Below are positions 34,385-43,526 of a stretch of DNA of 64,000 bases, piece by piece. Source of the stretch: Vicinamibacteria bacterium (lineage in GTDB: Bacteria > Acidobacteriota > Vicinamibacteria > Fen-336); NCBI GenBank assembly GCA_035570235.1, contig DATMML010000051.1, forward strand, positions 892-64,891. The letters run 5' to 3'. Below the pieces are notes generated by a model. That model ran no database searches. It worked only from the letters and a program-made list of their open reading frames with translations, and had not been told where the DNA came from. Position 1 is the first letter of the stretch; each line of letters starts with the position of its first letter. The translations under genes and the position numbers were made by a program.

Positions 34385-35677
34385 ATGAGCAAGGACTCCC
34401 TGACCATCACCGACAACCGAACCGGCAAGAGCTACGAGATCCCGATCCAGGAGGGAACCGTCAAGGCTATCGACCTGCGCCAAATCAAGGTCTCCGCCGA
34501 GGACTTCGGGCTCATGACCTACGATCCGGCCTTCACCAACACCGCGTCCTGCAAGAGCCGTATCACCTTCATCGACGGGGACCGCGGGGTCCTGAACTAC
34601 CGGGGCTATCCCATCGGGCAGCTTGCCGAGCGAAGCACCTACCTGGAGACGGCCTACTTGATCCTGCACGGGGAACTGCCCACGAAGTCGGAGTATGAGG
34701 CCTGGCTCTACAACATCACCCATCACACTATGGTCCACGAGAACATCAAGGAGCTGATGGGCGGGTTCCGCTACGATGCCCACCCTATGGGCATGCTGAT
34801 CTCGACGGTGGCCGCGCTCTCGACTTTCTACCCCGAGGCCAAGCACATTCGCGACCGTCAAAACCGACAAGCCCAGATCTTCCGGCTCATCGCCAAGATG
34901 CCCACCCTGGCCGCATTCGCCTACCGACACTCGGTGGGGCTGCCCTACGCCTCCCCGGACAACGACCTAAGCTACTGCGCCAACTTCCTGCAGATGATGT
35001 TCAAGGTAGGGGGTCACTACCCGGTGAACCCCGTGCTAGAACGGGCCTTGGAAGTGCTCTTCATCCTGCACGCCGACCACGAGCAAAACTGCTCCACTTC
35101 GGCCATGCGGGGCGTGGGCTCCTCGGAGGTGGACCCGTACTCCTCCACCGCCGGCGCTATCGCCGCTCTTTATGGCCCCCTTCACGGAGGGGCCAACGAG
35201 CAGGTCCTGCGCATGCTGCACGAGATTGGCTCCAAGGACCGAGTGCCGCAGTTCATCAAGGAAGTGAAAGCCAGCGGGGGAGAGGTGCGCCTCATGGGCT
35301 TCGGACACCGGGTCTACAAGAACTACGATCCGCGGGCCAAGATCATCAAGATCATGGCGGACCAGGTGTTCCAGGTCACCGGCCGTAACCCACTCTTGGA
35401 CATCGCCTTGGAGCTGGAGCGGATCGCGCTCGAGGACGAGTACTTCGTGAAGAGGAAGCTCTATCCGAACGTCGACTTCTACTCGGGCCTCATCTACCAG
35501 GCCATGGGCTTTCCGGTGGACATGTTCCCCGTTCTCTTCGCCATTCCTCGCACCTCGGGCTGGCTGGCCCAGTGGGACGAGATGCTCGAGGACAAGGATC
35601 AGAAGATCGCACGCCCGCGCCAAGTCTACCTGGGCGCCGGCCGGCGCGACTACCTGACGCTCGAGAAGCGCACCTAG
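34385..35677 (+). CDS. gltA: Citrate synthase (type II)
   Basis: LNYRGYPI, LHADHEQNCSTS, GPLHGGANE, GFGHRVYKNYDPRA. Confidence 0.95.
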   Translation: MSKDSLTITDNRTGKSYEIPIQEGTVKAIDLRQIKVSAEDFGLMTYDPAFTNTASCKSRITFIDGDRGVLNYRGYPIGQLAERSTYLETAYLILHGELPTKSEYEAWLYNITHHTMVHENIKELMGGFRYDAHPMGMLISTVAALSTFYPEAKHIRDRQNRQAQIFRLIAKMPTLAAFAYRHSVGLPYASPDNDLSYCANFLQMMFKVGGHYPVNPVLERALEVLFILHADHEQNCSTSAMRGVGSSEVDPYSSTAGAIAALYGPLHGGANEQVLRMLHEIGSKDRVPQFIKEVKASGGEVRLMGFGHRVYKNYDPRAKIIKIMADQVFQVTGRNPLLDIALELERIALEDEYFVKRKLYPNVDFYSGLIYQAMGFPVDMFPVLFAIPRTSGWLAQWDEMLEDKDQKIARPRQVYLGAGRRDYLTLEKRT

Positions 35678-36792
35678 GGGGTGGCGATTCGGGCCGCCAC
35701 CCGACCCGCGGTTCGCGCCGCGGGGGGGGCGAGTGCCTCCTCGCTGGGGCCGGCGGGACTCCGGGGCCCGGGGGGAATGCCCAACCCGTGGTCCCAGTCC
35801 GTATGGGGGGCGCGGTTCAGGACGAACCACTGCCAGACGATCTCGCGGTAGGTGTGCTGCGTGACCCCCAACTCCTGGTAGAGAGGCCGGAGCTTGAGGT
35901 GCAGCCGCCGAAGGTTGTAGAAAGGAACGCTCGGGAAGTAGTGGTGCTCGGCGTGGTAGTTCGAGTAGACAAAGAGGAAGTCCCAGATGCGGCTGGGCTT
36001 CATCACCGTGGACCACTTCAGGGGATGGGCAGGATCGATGTTGTAGTGCTGGCCCAGACGGTTCAGGGTGAAGGCAATCGGGAAGACCAGGAAATAGGGG
36101 ACGACCTGGACGCGCAGCATGGGGCCCAGGCCGCCGAGCCTGAGAAGCGTGATCATGACGGAGAACTGCACGACCAAGGTCGCCAGGCGCTCGCGCTTTA
36201 TCGTTTGCCGCAGCGCTTCGGGATAGGATTTGGCCTCCCGGGCCGCGGCCCGGAAGTAGAGGGGCATGAGAACGGGTGTGCAGTAGAGCAGCTTGAACCA
36301 GCGGGCGTTCCGCTTGGGTGAAAGCCAGTGACGCTTGGGATCGTCCTCGCCGGAACCCAGGTTGTCGTGATGGTCAAGGTGCCAGCGCGTGAACTGGCTG
36401 GCCGAGATCCCGCTCGTGATGGCGTATACGAGCCCGAGAGCGCGGTTCCAGCCCTCGCGCCGGGACTGGAAGACGGAATGGTGGACCACCTCGTGAAGCA
36501 GGGTGGTCATGTTGAAGAAGGTGAAGCCCTGGAGTATCGCAACCGGAATCCAGTAGAGGGGGTCGGTCAGTTGCCAGAGGGCAATGCCGCACACGGCCAC
36601 GATCCCGAACTGCCGGGCCGCGTAGAGCAGGTGGCGGGGTGCGCCGCGCCGGTGCAGCGCCTTCAGCTCCTCGTGGGGAATCGCCCCTCGGAGCCGATCC
36701 TTGAAGGCCTCCACCTGCTTCCAATAGTAGTGCGACTTCACGCCTTCGATTCTAACAGGGGCAGGGTCCCGAGCGGAAACGCGGCCGGCCAC
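35674..36792 (-). CDS. Membrane fatty-acid desaturase family protein
   Basis: Three His boxes: HEVVHH, HLDHHDNLG, HAEHHYFPSVP. Its stop overlaps the gltA stop (CTAG, convergent). Confidence 0.85.
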   Translation of the reverse strand: MAGRVSARDPAPVRIEGVKSHYYWKQVEAFKDRLRGAIPHEELKALHRRGAPRHLLYAARQFGIVAVCGIALWQLTDPLYWIPVAILQGFTFFNMTTLLHEVVHHSVFQSRREGWNRALGLVYAITSGISASQFTRWHLDHHDNLGSGEDDPKRHWLSPKRNARWFKLLYCTPVLMPLYFRAAAREAKSYPEALRQTIKRERLATLVVQFSVMITLLRLGGLGPMLRVQVVPYFLVFPIAFTLNRLGQHYNIDPAHPLKWSTVMKPSRIWDFLFVYSNYHAEHHYFPSVPFYNLRRLHLKLRPLYQELGVTQHTYREIVWQWFVLNRAPHTDWDHGLGIPPGPRSPAGPSEEALAPPAARTAGRVAARIATP

Positions 36793-36825
36793 GGTCGCGC
36801 GAGCCGCGGCCGGCCGAGGCGGGGA

Positions 36826-37302
36826 CTAGCGCGGATCGCGGTAGCGCGGCGCCTCCTCGTAGATCACCCGGTCGTCGCCGTCGTGACCGTACTTCCTGTT
36901 CTCGTACCGCTCCCGATCGCCATAGCGGTCGTCCCGGTCGCGGTAGGCCGGGCCCGCGGCCGCATAAGAGCGTCGATAGCTGGCGTCGTAACCCCGGCGG
37001 TAGCCGGCCCGATAGTCCCACCGGGGACCCATCCAGCCGTGATAGCCATGGTCCCCGTCGCGGTACTCGCCGTGCTGCCAGAAACTGAACCTCTTGCCCC
37101 GACGCCCGTCCTTGAGGCCGTGCTCGGCGCCGTCCTGCGCGCCGCGGTCATAGCCGTAGCGATAGGAGTCGTGACCGTCGTACCCGTGGTCAGAGCCCAC
37201 CTCAATCCCGATCCCGAAGCGGCTATCGGCCTTGGCCTGGGCAGGGACCGCCGCCACTCCCGCCGCCGTCAGCCCTATCGCCGCCCAGAATGCCGTTCTC
37301 AT
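36826..37302 (-). CDS. Secreted Tyr/Arg/Asp/Gly-rich low-complexity protein
   Basis: Signal peptide MRTAFWAAIGLTAAGVAAVPAQA, then degenerate GYD/YR repeats (YRYGYDRG, GYRRGYDASYRRSY, DRDDRYGDRERY). RBS AGGAGG sits upstream of the ATG. Confidence 0.6.
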   Translation of the reverse strand: MRTAFWAAIGLTAAGVAAVPAQAKADSRFGIGIEVGSDHGYDGHDSYRYGYDRGAQDGAEHGLKDGRRGKRFSFWQHGEYRDGDHGYHGWMGPRWDYRAGYRRGYDASYRRSYAAAGPAYRDRDDRYGDRERYENRKYGHDGDDRVIYEEAPRYRDPR

Positions 37303-37800
37303 GGTTGTCCTCCTAGGCCCCTCTCAGGGGGACTCGGAGGGGAGTGTTGCAACAGACATGCCGTCGGCCCTAGCGGACTAAGTTCCCGGAGATACACGGC
37401 TTTCGGCCAAGCGGGGCACGGACCGGACTGTCCCCGCGAGGCGACGCGGACGTGTCCGCAGATCTCCCATCCCGCCTTACGGGCGGATATACTCCCGAAA
37501 CACGTTCTTGCTGCGGAGACGATGAACCCCCCCGGCCTTTATCGCGATGATCAGGTCGAGCGTGGCCGAGCCGCCCAGCCGGCGCGGCTCGAGCTCAACC
37601 CCAGGGGCATGCTCGCTCGCCGTCACGTCGGGGAACGGCCGCGCTCGGGCCAAACCAAGCTCGGGCAGATCACGGATGTTAAGCCTCCCATGGCCCGCCC
37701 CGCCCCGCCCCTCCCACCCGCGCCCCTTCCCCATCCCCTCTCATTAGAGAAGTACGGGGGCGAACGGATCGCTCCCGAACCAGTTTGGGTCCCCTGAGCC

Positions 37801-39060
37801 ATGGCCAACTACACGGTCCGCGTGCCCAACGGGAAGGAATATGGCCCTGTGGACCTGGCCATGGTCAAGAAGTGGCACGCGGAGGGGCGCATCGGCAAGG
37901 ACGCGCTGGTCTGGGAGGAGGGTGCCCCGGAGTGGGTGCCCCTGCCCCGCATACTCGAACCGGACAGCGTCACCCGGCCCGTGCGCCGCCCCTCGCCCGC
38001 GGCCGAGCCCCGCTCGGCCGTCAGTCCGCGGTCCCGGACGACCGCCTCCCCGACCAGTGGCGCGATCCTGCTCGTCGGTTCTCTGATCGTGGTGGCGGCG
38101 GGGGTGGCGGTGTTGCTTGCCTACGGACTGCCGATCCTGCAAAGGCGGCGTGCACTCGCCGAGATCCAACAGCACACGTCCCCGGAGCGACGGTTCGTGG
38201 ACAACGACCTCGGCCTCGCCGTCGAGCTCCCGGAGGGCTGGTGGATGCTCCTCCCCGAGAGCTCCCTGGTGGTGGCGCCTGAGGCCCGGCTCAAGCTCGC
38301 GGAGCCCGCGCTCGGCGCCTTCGCGGTCCTGATCGTGGAGCCGCTCCCCCGCGGGATGGGGGGCTCCCTCGACAAGTTCGTGGATCACCTTCGCGAGGCT
38401 CGGCGTCCGCGCTATCCCGACGAGAAGGAGCTGGGCCGGTCCGATATCACCGTCGGTAAACATCCCGCCCGCCTGGTTCAAACCACATGGGCCGCCGACG
38501 GTCAAGAGGCGCGGGGCTCCACCGCGGTCTGGCGCGACGGCTGGAACTACTTCGCCCTGCGGTCTTGGTGCCCGAGCCGGGAAGCTTCGCGGATGGCCCC
38601 CGAGCTCGAGGCCCTCCTCCGGGGGGTGTTGATCAAGGGCGTGCTCTCGGCGCGCGTCCGCCAGGTGGTGGACCAGCTCGTGCTCGAGGCGCCGGAGCTG
38701 TCGCGGCCCGCGGCCGAGGCCCTGGTCCAGGATCGCTTGAGCAGCGGTCAGAAGGCGGACGACCTTGCCCAGACCCATGTGCAAACGGTGAGCCGGGGCT
38801 TGCATGCCCTGAGTACCGAGGAGACGCGTGCTCTGTCTGAGATTTACGCCCAGGTGTACGCCCCCATCCCCGAGGCGGAGCGGGTTCGCTTGGCCCGCTA
38901 CATCGAGCGGGTGAAGGAGGGTGAGTTTGTGCGCCCCGAGGAGGGGCAGGCTATGCGCCAGCTCCTGCGCGACGGGGTCATGGGGCTTCCCGGGGACGTC
39001 CGCGTCCGGCTGCAGGCCTTGAACGAGAAAGCCATCGCGGCCGGCCTCTCCGGGTCGTGA
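37801..39060 (+). CDS. GYF_2 (DUF4339) domain protein with one TM and an uncharacterised C-terminal domain
   Basis: YTVRVPNGKEYGPVDLAMVKKWHAEGRIGKDALVWEEGAPEWVPL, followed by the TM segment ILLVGSLIVVAAGVAVLLAYGL. Confidence 0.75.
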   Translation: MANYTVRVPNGKEYGPVDLAMVKKWHAEGRIGKDALVWEEGAPEWVPLPRILEPDSVTRPVRRPSPAAEPRSAVSPRSRTTASPTSGAILLVGSLIVVAAGVAVLLAYGLPILQRRRALAEIQQHTSPERRFVDNDLGLAVELPEGWWMLLPESSLVVAPEARLKLAEPALGAFAVLIVEPLPRGMGGSLDKFVDHLREARRPRYPDEKELGRSDITVGKHPARLVQTTWAADGQEARGSTAVWRDGWNYFALRSWCPSREASRMAPELEALLRGVLIKGVLSARVRQVVDQLVLEAPELSRPAAEALVQDRLSSGQKADDLAQTHVQTVSRGLHALSTEETRALSEIYAQVYAPIPEAERVRLARYIERVKEGEFVRPEEGQAMRQLLRDGVMGLPGDVRVRLQALNEKAIAAGLSGS

Positions 39061-40259
39061 CCAACCAGCGCGATCGCTTTGAGGACTTCGCCCAGCGCTT
39101 TGCGGAGCGTGTCCGAGGCGTCACCCCCGGTCTCGGGGAAGGCTACGGGCAGGCCATCCGTGACCTCTTCACCCGCGGGGTGACGGGGAAGGGCCTGCGG
39201 GAGCTGCTAGAGCAGGAGACCAGCGATACCTACCGTTTCTTCACCCGCGAGATCGACTTCTCGGATGTGACTGTCCAGGCCTGGTACAAGCAGCCGCCCC
39301 TGGCCCTCTGGCGCATCTTCCTGGCCATGGCCTACCGCTTGAGCCCCTGGCGGCGGATCCTCTTTGCGATCGCGGCCCCCGTGCTGCTTCTGGCCTGGGT
39401 GAGGTTCTTCTTCTCCTTGGCCGCGGAAGGCCCCTGGTCCCTCCATTTCTTCTTCGGCTGGGAGAACTGGATGCTCTATGCCTCCACCATCCTCTTCTTC
39501 CTGCTCGTCCTGGAACTGCGGGACAAGTTAGGCCTCAAGGGGGACCTGGAGGTGGCGCGCCAGATTCAGTTCGGCCTCCTCCCCTTCGAGCCCTTCGCGC
39601 GGGACGGAACGAGCATAGTGACGTCCATGCGTCCGGCCAACACCGTGGGCGGCGACTACTTCGACATCATCGAGCTGGGCGACGGTCAAGTCTCGGTGGT
39701 GGTGGGGGACGTGGCCGGGAAGGGCATGCCCGCGGCCCTCCTCATGGCCCTCCTCCAGGGCAGCCTGCGCACGCTCATCACGGCCGGACTGCGCGGCCCC
39801 GAGCTGCTGAGCAAGCTCAACGCCCACCTCTGCGCCAACATCCCGTCCAACCGTCTCATCACCTTCTTTTACGGGGAACTAGACACGGCTCGCGGCGGCC
39901 TGCGCTACATCAACGCCGGTCACAACCCGCCTGTCTTGATCCGGGCTGCGGGGGAGCTCGAGCACTTGGCGGCCACGGGTCTGGCCCTCGGGGTTATGCC
40001 GGGCACCATATTCGAGGCCATGCGGACGGAGATCGAGCCGGGGGACCGCCTCTTCCTCTATACGGACGGCGCGACCGAGGCTTTCAACGCCCGCGACGAA
40101 GAGTACGGTGAGGAGCGGCTCCAGGCTTACCTCCTGGCCCACCGCGGCATGTCCCACCGGGACCTGATCGATGGCCTCACCGCCGACGTCCTCCAGTTCT
40201 GCGGCCCCGTACGGCTGAAGGACGACATGACCTTCCTGTCCCTGAGCCGTGAGGGTTGA
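39057..40259 (+). CDS. Membrane-anchored PP2C/SpoIIE-family serine phosphatase (RsbU-like)
   Basis: GTGA overlap with the upstream gene. ARQIQFGLLP, VGGDYFDII, VVVGDVAGKGMPAALLMA, LFLYTDGATEA. Confidence 0.85.
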   Translation: MTNQRDRFEDFAQRFAERVRGVTPGLGEGYGQAIRDLFTRGVTGKGLRELLEQETSDTYRFFTREIDFSDVTVQAWYKQPPLALWRIFLAMAYRLSPWRRILFAIAAPVLLLAWVRFFFSLAAEGPWSLHFFFGWENWMLYASTILFFLLVLELRDKLGLKGDLEVARQIQFGLLPFEPFARDGTSIVTSMRPANTVGGDYFDIIELGDGQVSVVVGDVAGKGMPAALLMALLQGSLRTLITAGLRGPELLSKLNAHLCANIPSNRLITFFYGELDTARGGLRYINAGHNPPVLIRAAGELEHLAATGLALGVMPGTIFEAMRTEIEPGDRLFLYTDGATEAFNARDEEYGEERLQAYLLAHRGMSHRDLIDGLTADVLQFCGPVRLKDDMTFLSLSREG

Positions 40260-40508
40260 CCACCCCGATCGTGCCCATAGCCGTGCTCGATGACCCGGCG
40301 TTTCGACCAGAGAGAGACCCGCGGCCCCGCCCGTCTACTCTGAGCGCCCATGGGTAAACGCAAGCCCAGCCCGCCACGTCAGCCACTCCCCATGAAGAAG
40401 GGCGGGGATTGGAGAAAGCCCGCGAAGCCCGGGCGGGGCCGCCGATGCTAGGATACGCCGCATAAGCCAGAAGTCGGGCACGGCGGTGCGACCCCGCCGG
40501 GAGGCAAC

Positions 40509-43500
40509 GTGGAGGGCGCTCTCGTCCTGGTCGGGTTGATGATCCTGGCCCTGGCCGTGGTCGGGCCTCTCCTGGCCGTGGTGGCCTTGGTCCGCACACG
40601 ACGGTTCCAGAGCCGCATCGAGAAACTGCAGGCCGATCAGGGCGCGCTGGAGACACGTTTCGCGGCCTTTCTCAAGATAAACATGGCGGAGCGGGCGCGT
40701 CCCGCCGAAGGTCCCGGGGCCGCGCCGACACCCTCTCCTCTGGTTCAGAGTCCCCCCCCCACGCCTCCGGCTCCCGCTGCCCCTCCCCGCCCGGCGACCC
40801 CCGTCGTCGCTCCCCCGGTGGCGGCCCCCCCCGCGCCCTCACCGGAACGGCCGGCGCCGCCCGCAACGCCCCCCCCGCGGCCTCCGCGCCCGGCGCCGCC
40901 GCCTCCCTCCACGCCGGTCTTCGACTGGGAGAGCCTGCTCGGCCTCAAAGGCGCCGCTTGGCTCGGGGGCATCGCTCTCGTCGTCGCCGCCATCTTCCTC
41001 GCAAAGATGGCTTACGACCGCGGCTACTTCACGCCCGAACTGAGGATGGTCTCGATGCTGGGGGCCGGCATCGGCGGTCTGGTGTGGGCGGAGCTGAGCC
41101 TTCGCAAGGGGTACGCGACGACCGCCAACGCCGTCTCGGGGGCGGCCATCGCGATTCTCTACATCGCCCTCTACGCGGGCCACGCCCTGTGGCACCTGCT
41201 CGCGACCGCACCCACTTTTGGCATGATGATCCTGGTCACGATCGTGGCGGGCTTGGTCGCCATCCGGTACGACGCCGTCTTCACGGCGGTCCTGGGACTG
41301 GTTGGCGGCTTCGCGACCCCCATCTCGCTGTCGACTGGCGAGGACCGTCCGGTCAGCCTCTTCTCCTACATCCTGCTCCTGAACCTCGGTCTCCTGGCTG
41401 TGGCCGTGAAGAGGGGCTGGCACAGCCTCGTGCTTCTGGGGCTCCTGGGGACCTTCGCGCTCGAGGTCGGATGGTTCGGGAAGTTCATGTCTCCCGAGAA
41501 GATGATCGTGGGCCTCCTGGCCTTCTTACTCTTTGGCCTGCTTTACCTCTTTCTGCCCACCCTCGCCGGCGAGGAGGAGCAGCCGACGTTGCGGCTGGTG
41601 GGGGGCCTTGGGGTTGCGGTGTCGTTCTTGTTTGGAGTCTTGATAGCGGGCAACGGCGCCTACATCCGCGAATGGGAGCTGCTCTTCGGCTACCTCGCCC
41701 TCCTCGACGCGGCCCTCATCGCGGTGGCCCTCTTCCGCCGCCGGACCGTACTGCTCCTGAGCGGTGCCGTGGCCACCGGCGCCACCCTCTTCGTCTGGGC
41801 GGTGCAGGGTATCCCCGCGGCCGGCGTCTGGGGCCCGACGCTCGCGGCCATCGCTCTCGCCACCCTCTTGAACGCCCCCGTTCGATTGGGTCGCCTCCTC
41901 GCGCCCGAGCGCGTTGAGGAAGACCGATCGACCTTCGAAGGGGCGGGCATCGCGGCTGGTGCGGGCTTGGGGCTCTTCGCCCTCGCGTTCGTGATGCGCA
42001 CCCCCGGGGACCCGCTCTGGCCCTTTGTCGCCCTCCTCGGCGCCCTGATCGCCCTGTTCGTTGAGCGGAGCGGCGAGCGGCGACTCGCCGGGGTTGCGCT
42101 CCTGGGGCCACTCGCTCTGGCTCTCCTCATCCAGGTCTGGTTGCACCACCGATCGGGGGGGGAAACACTGCTGCGGAACTTGAGCGTACCCCTGCTGCTC
42201 GCGATCACGGTGTCCCTGGTGGCGGCCCGGCGGGCGGAGGCGCCGGTGAACGCCAACGAGGACGAAGCGGGAGTGGTCGGCGCGACGCTCATCGCCGTCG
42301 CCGGCCTCTTCGCTTGTCTCGTCTCCCCGGAGCTGGGCCGCGATCCGGGGCCGCTTTTTGTAGCCCTGGCAATCACGCTCGTCCTGCTCGTCGCCTCTGC
42401 CCTACGCCGCGACTGGACGTGGCTCCTGCCTGGGGGCCTGCTTCTGGCTGCGTTGTTCGCGACCGCTTGGCAATTCGCCTTCTTTCATCCTCCCCAGGAT
42501 CTGGTTGTCGTCTTACCGGGCGACACCGCCTTTTACCTCGCCTTCCTGGGCCTTCCCTTTGTGATGCCGGCGCGGATCGTGAACCTGTGGAAGATGCGCC
42601 CCGCACCCTGGCTCGCGTCTGCCCTCGCGGGGCCCGCTTTCTTCCTCCCCCTCCACGACTCGCTCGTACGAAGCTGGGGTAAAGGGATGATCGGCCTCCT
42701 GCCCCTCGCCATGGCCGCGCTGACCGTGCCGGCGCTGGCCGGGATTTCGCGGCGCTTCGTGGCCCGCGCGGGGGATCGGGAGGGGGAGGGGCACCGCCTG
42801 CGCTACATGGCGCTCTTCGCGGCCGTTGCCTTGGGTCTCGTTGCCGTAGCCATCCCCTTGCAGCTCGACCGGCAGTGGATCACCGTGGGCTGGGCCCTGG
42901 AGGCCGCCGCCGTCTTCTGGCTTTTCGGCCGGCTGCCCCATCCCGGGCTGAAGACGTTCGGCGCCCTGCTTTACGGCCTCGTAGGCGTGCGGCTCCTGCT
43001 GAATTGGGATAACGTCCTGCGCTATGAGGCCCGTGGGGGGCCGATCTTCAACTGGCTCCTCTACACGTACGGTGTCCCCGCGCTTTGTTGCCTCCTCGGC
43101 GCCGCTGCCCTCGCGCGGGCGGAAACGACGCCGGGCAGCCGGCGCTACCTCGCGCCAGCGGTGTCGCTCCTCGGCCTCGTTCTGATCTTCGTCCTCATCA
43201 ACCTGGAGGTCGTGGACTTCTACTCCGCCCAGCGCTACCTCGAGTTCACGACGGAGCGGGCGCTGGCCCGGGACCTCACGATGTCGGTGGCCTGGGCGCT
43301 CTATGCCACGATCCTGCTCGTGATCGGGTTCTGGCGCGAGCGGCAAGCGCTGCGCTTCCTTTCTCTGGGATTCCTCGGTCTGACCGTGGCCAAGGTGTTC
43401 CTCTACGACCTCTCCACCCTGGCCGGCATCTACCGCGTCCTCGCGCTGCTCGCCTTGGGTGTTGTCTCCATCGTGGTCTCGCTGCTCTACGGGCGAGCGT

Positions 43501-43526
43501 TGCGGCAAAAGGAGCGTCCCACGTGA
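40509..43526 (+). CDS. DUF2339-family giant polytopic membrane protein
   Basis: GTG start. N-terminal TM plus coiled coil (IEKLQADQGALETRF), a ~75-aa Pro/Ala-rich linker (nt ~40700-40920), then more than 20 TM helices. Confidence 0.75.
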   Translation: MEGALVLVGLMILALAVVGPLLAVVALVRTRRFQSRIEKLQADQGALETRFAAFLKINMAERARPAEGPGAAPTPSPLVQSPPPTPPAPAAPPRPATPVVAPPVAAPPAPSPERPAPPATPPPRPPRPAPPPPSTPVFDWESLLGLKGAAWLGGIALVVAAIFLAKMAYDRGYFTPELRMVSMLGAGIGGLVWAELSLRKGYATTANAVSGAAIAILYIALYAGHALWHLLATAPTFGMMILVTIVAGLVAIRYDAVFTAVLGLVGGFATPISLSTGEDRPVSLFSYILLLNLGLLAVAVKRGWHSLVLLGLLGTFALEVGWFGKFMSPEKMIVGLLAFLLFGLLYLFLPTLAGEEEQPTLRLVGGLGVAVSFLFGVLIAGNGAYIREWELLFGYLALLDAALIAVALFRRRTVLLLSGAVATGATLFVWAVQGIPAAGVWGPTLAAIALATLLNAPVRLGRLLAPERVEEDRSTFEGAGIAAGAGLGLFALAFVMRTPGDPLWPFVALLGALIALFVERSGERRLAGVALLGPLALALLIQVWLHHRSGGETLLRNLSVPLLLAITVSLVAARRAEAPVNANEDEAGVVGATLIAVAGLFACLVSPELGRDPGPLFVALAITLVLLVASALRRDWTWLLPGGLLLAALFATAWQFAFFHPPQDLVVVLPGDTAFYLAFLGLPFVMPARIVNLWKMRPAPWLASALAGPAFFLPLHDSLVRSWGKGMIGLLPLAMAALTVPALAGISRRFVARAGDREGEGHRLRYMALFAAVALGLVAVAIPLQLDRQWITVGWALEAAAVFWLFGRLPHPGLKTFGALLYGLVGVRLLLNWDNVLRYEARGGPIFNWLLYTYGVPALCCLLGAAALARAETTPGSRRYLAPAVSLLGLVLIFVLINLEVVDFYSAQRYLEFTTERALARDLTMSVAWALYATILLVIGFWRERQALRFLSLGFLGLTVAKVFLYDLSTLAGIYRVLALLALGVVSIVVSLLYGRALRQKERPT

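Noticed and set aside
35674-35677. Convergent stop-codon overlaps (gltA/desaturase sharing CTAG; the M20 peptidase and glcF overlapping by 37 nt at 47279-47315) as a regulatory feature.
   Set aside because: Such overlaps are common in compact high-G+C genomes, and nothing in the sequence suggests antisense regulation beyond proximity.
37477-37734. 85-aa minus-strand ORF (…ATLDLIIAIKAGGVHRLRSKNVFREYIRP) in the 500-nt gap before the GYF gene.
   Set aside because: It has no RBS, the N-terminal half is Gly/Arg-rich junk, and I recognise no family. It could be a gene fragment, but I cannot support it.
40260-40508. Scan of this and the other intergenic regions (15864-16130, 37303-37800, 45638-45902, 61865-62066) for tRNA genes (including tRNA-Sec), other small RNAs or riboswitches.
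   Set aside because: I found no cloverleaf-compatible sequence, no GTTCGAATC-type T-loop and no riboswitch core that I recognise. A covariance-model scan (tRNAscan-SE, Infernal/Rfam) would be the decisive check.
40700-40920. Highly repetitive CCN-rich DNA that might be a tandem repeat or CRISPR-like array.
   Set aside because: It encodes the in-frame Pro/Ala-rich linker of the DUF2339 protein. There are no regular repeat-spacer units. I saw no CRISPR array anywhere in the window.
43085-43525. N-terminal 147-aa extension of the DUF3999 ORF.
   Set aside because: It lies entirely inside the DUF2339 gene in another frame. A start at ATG 43526, coupled to the upstream stop, gives a normal signal peptide.
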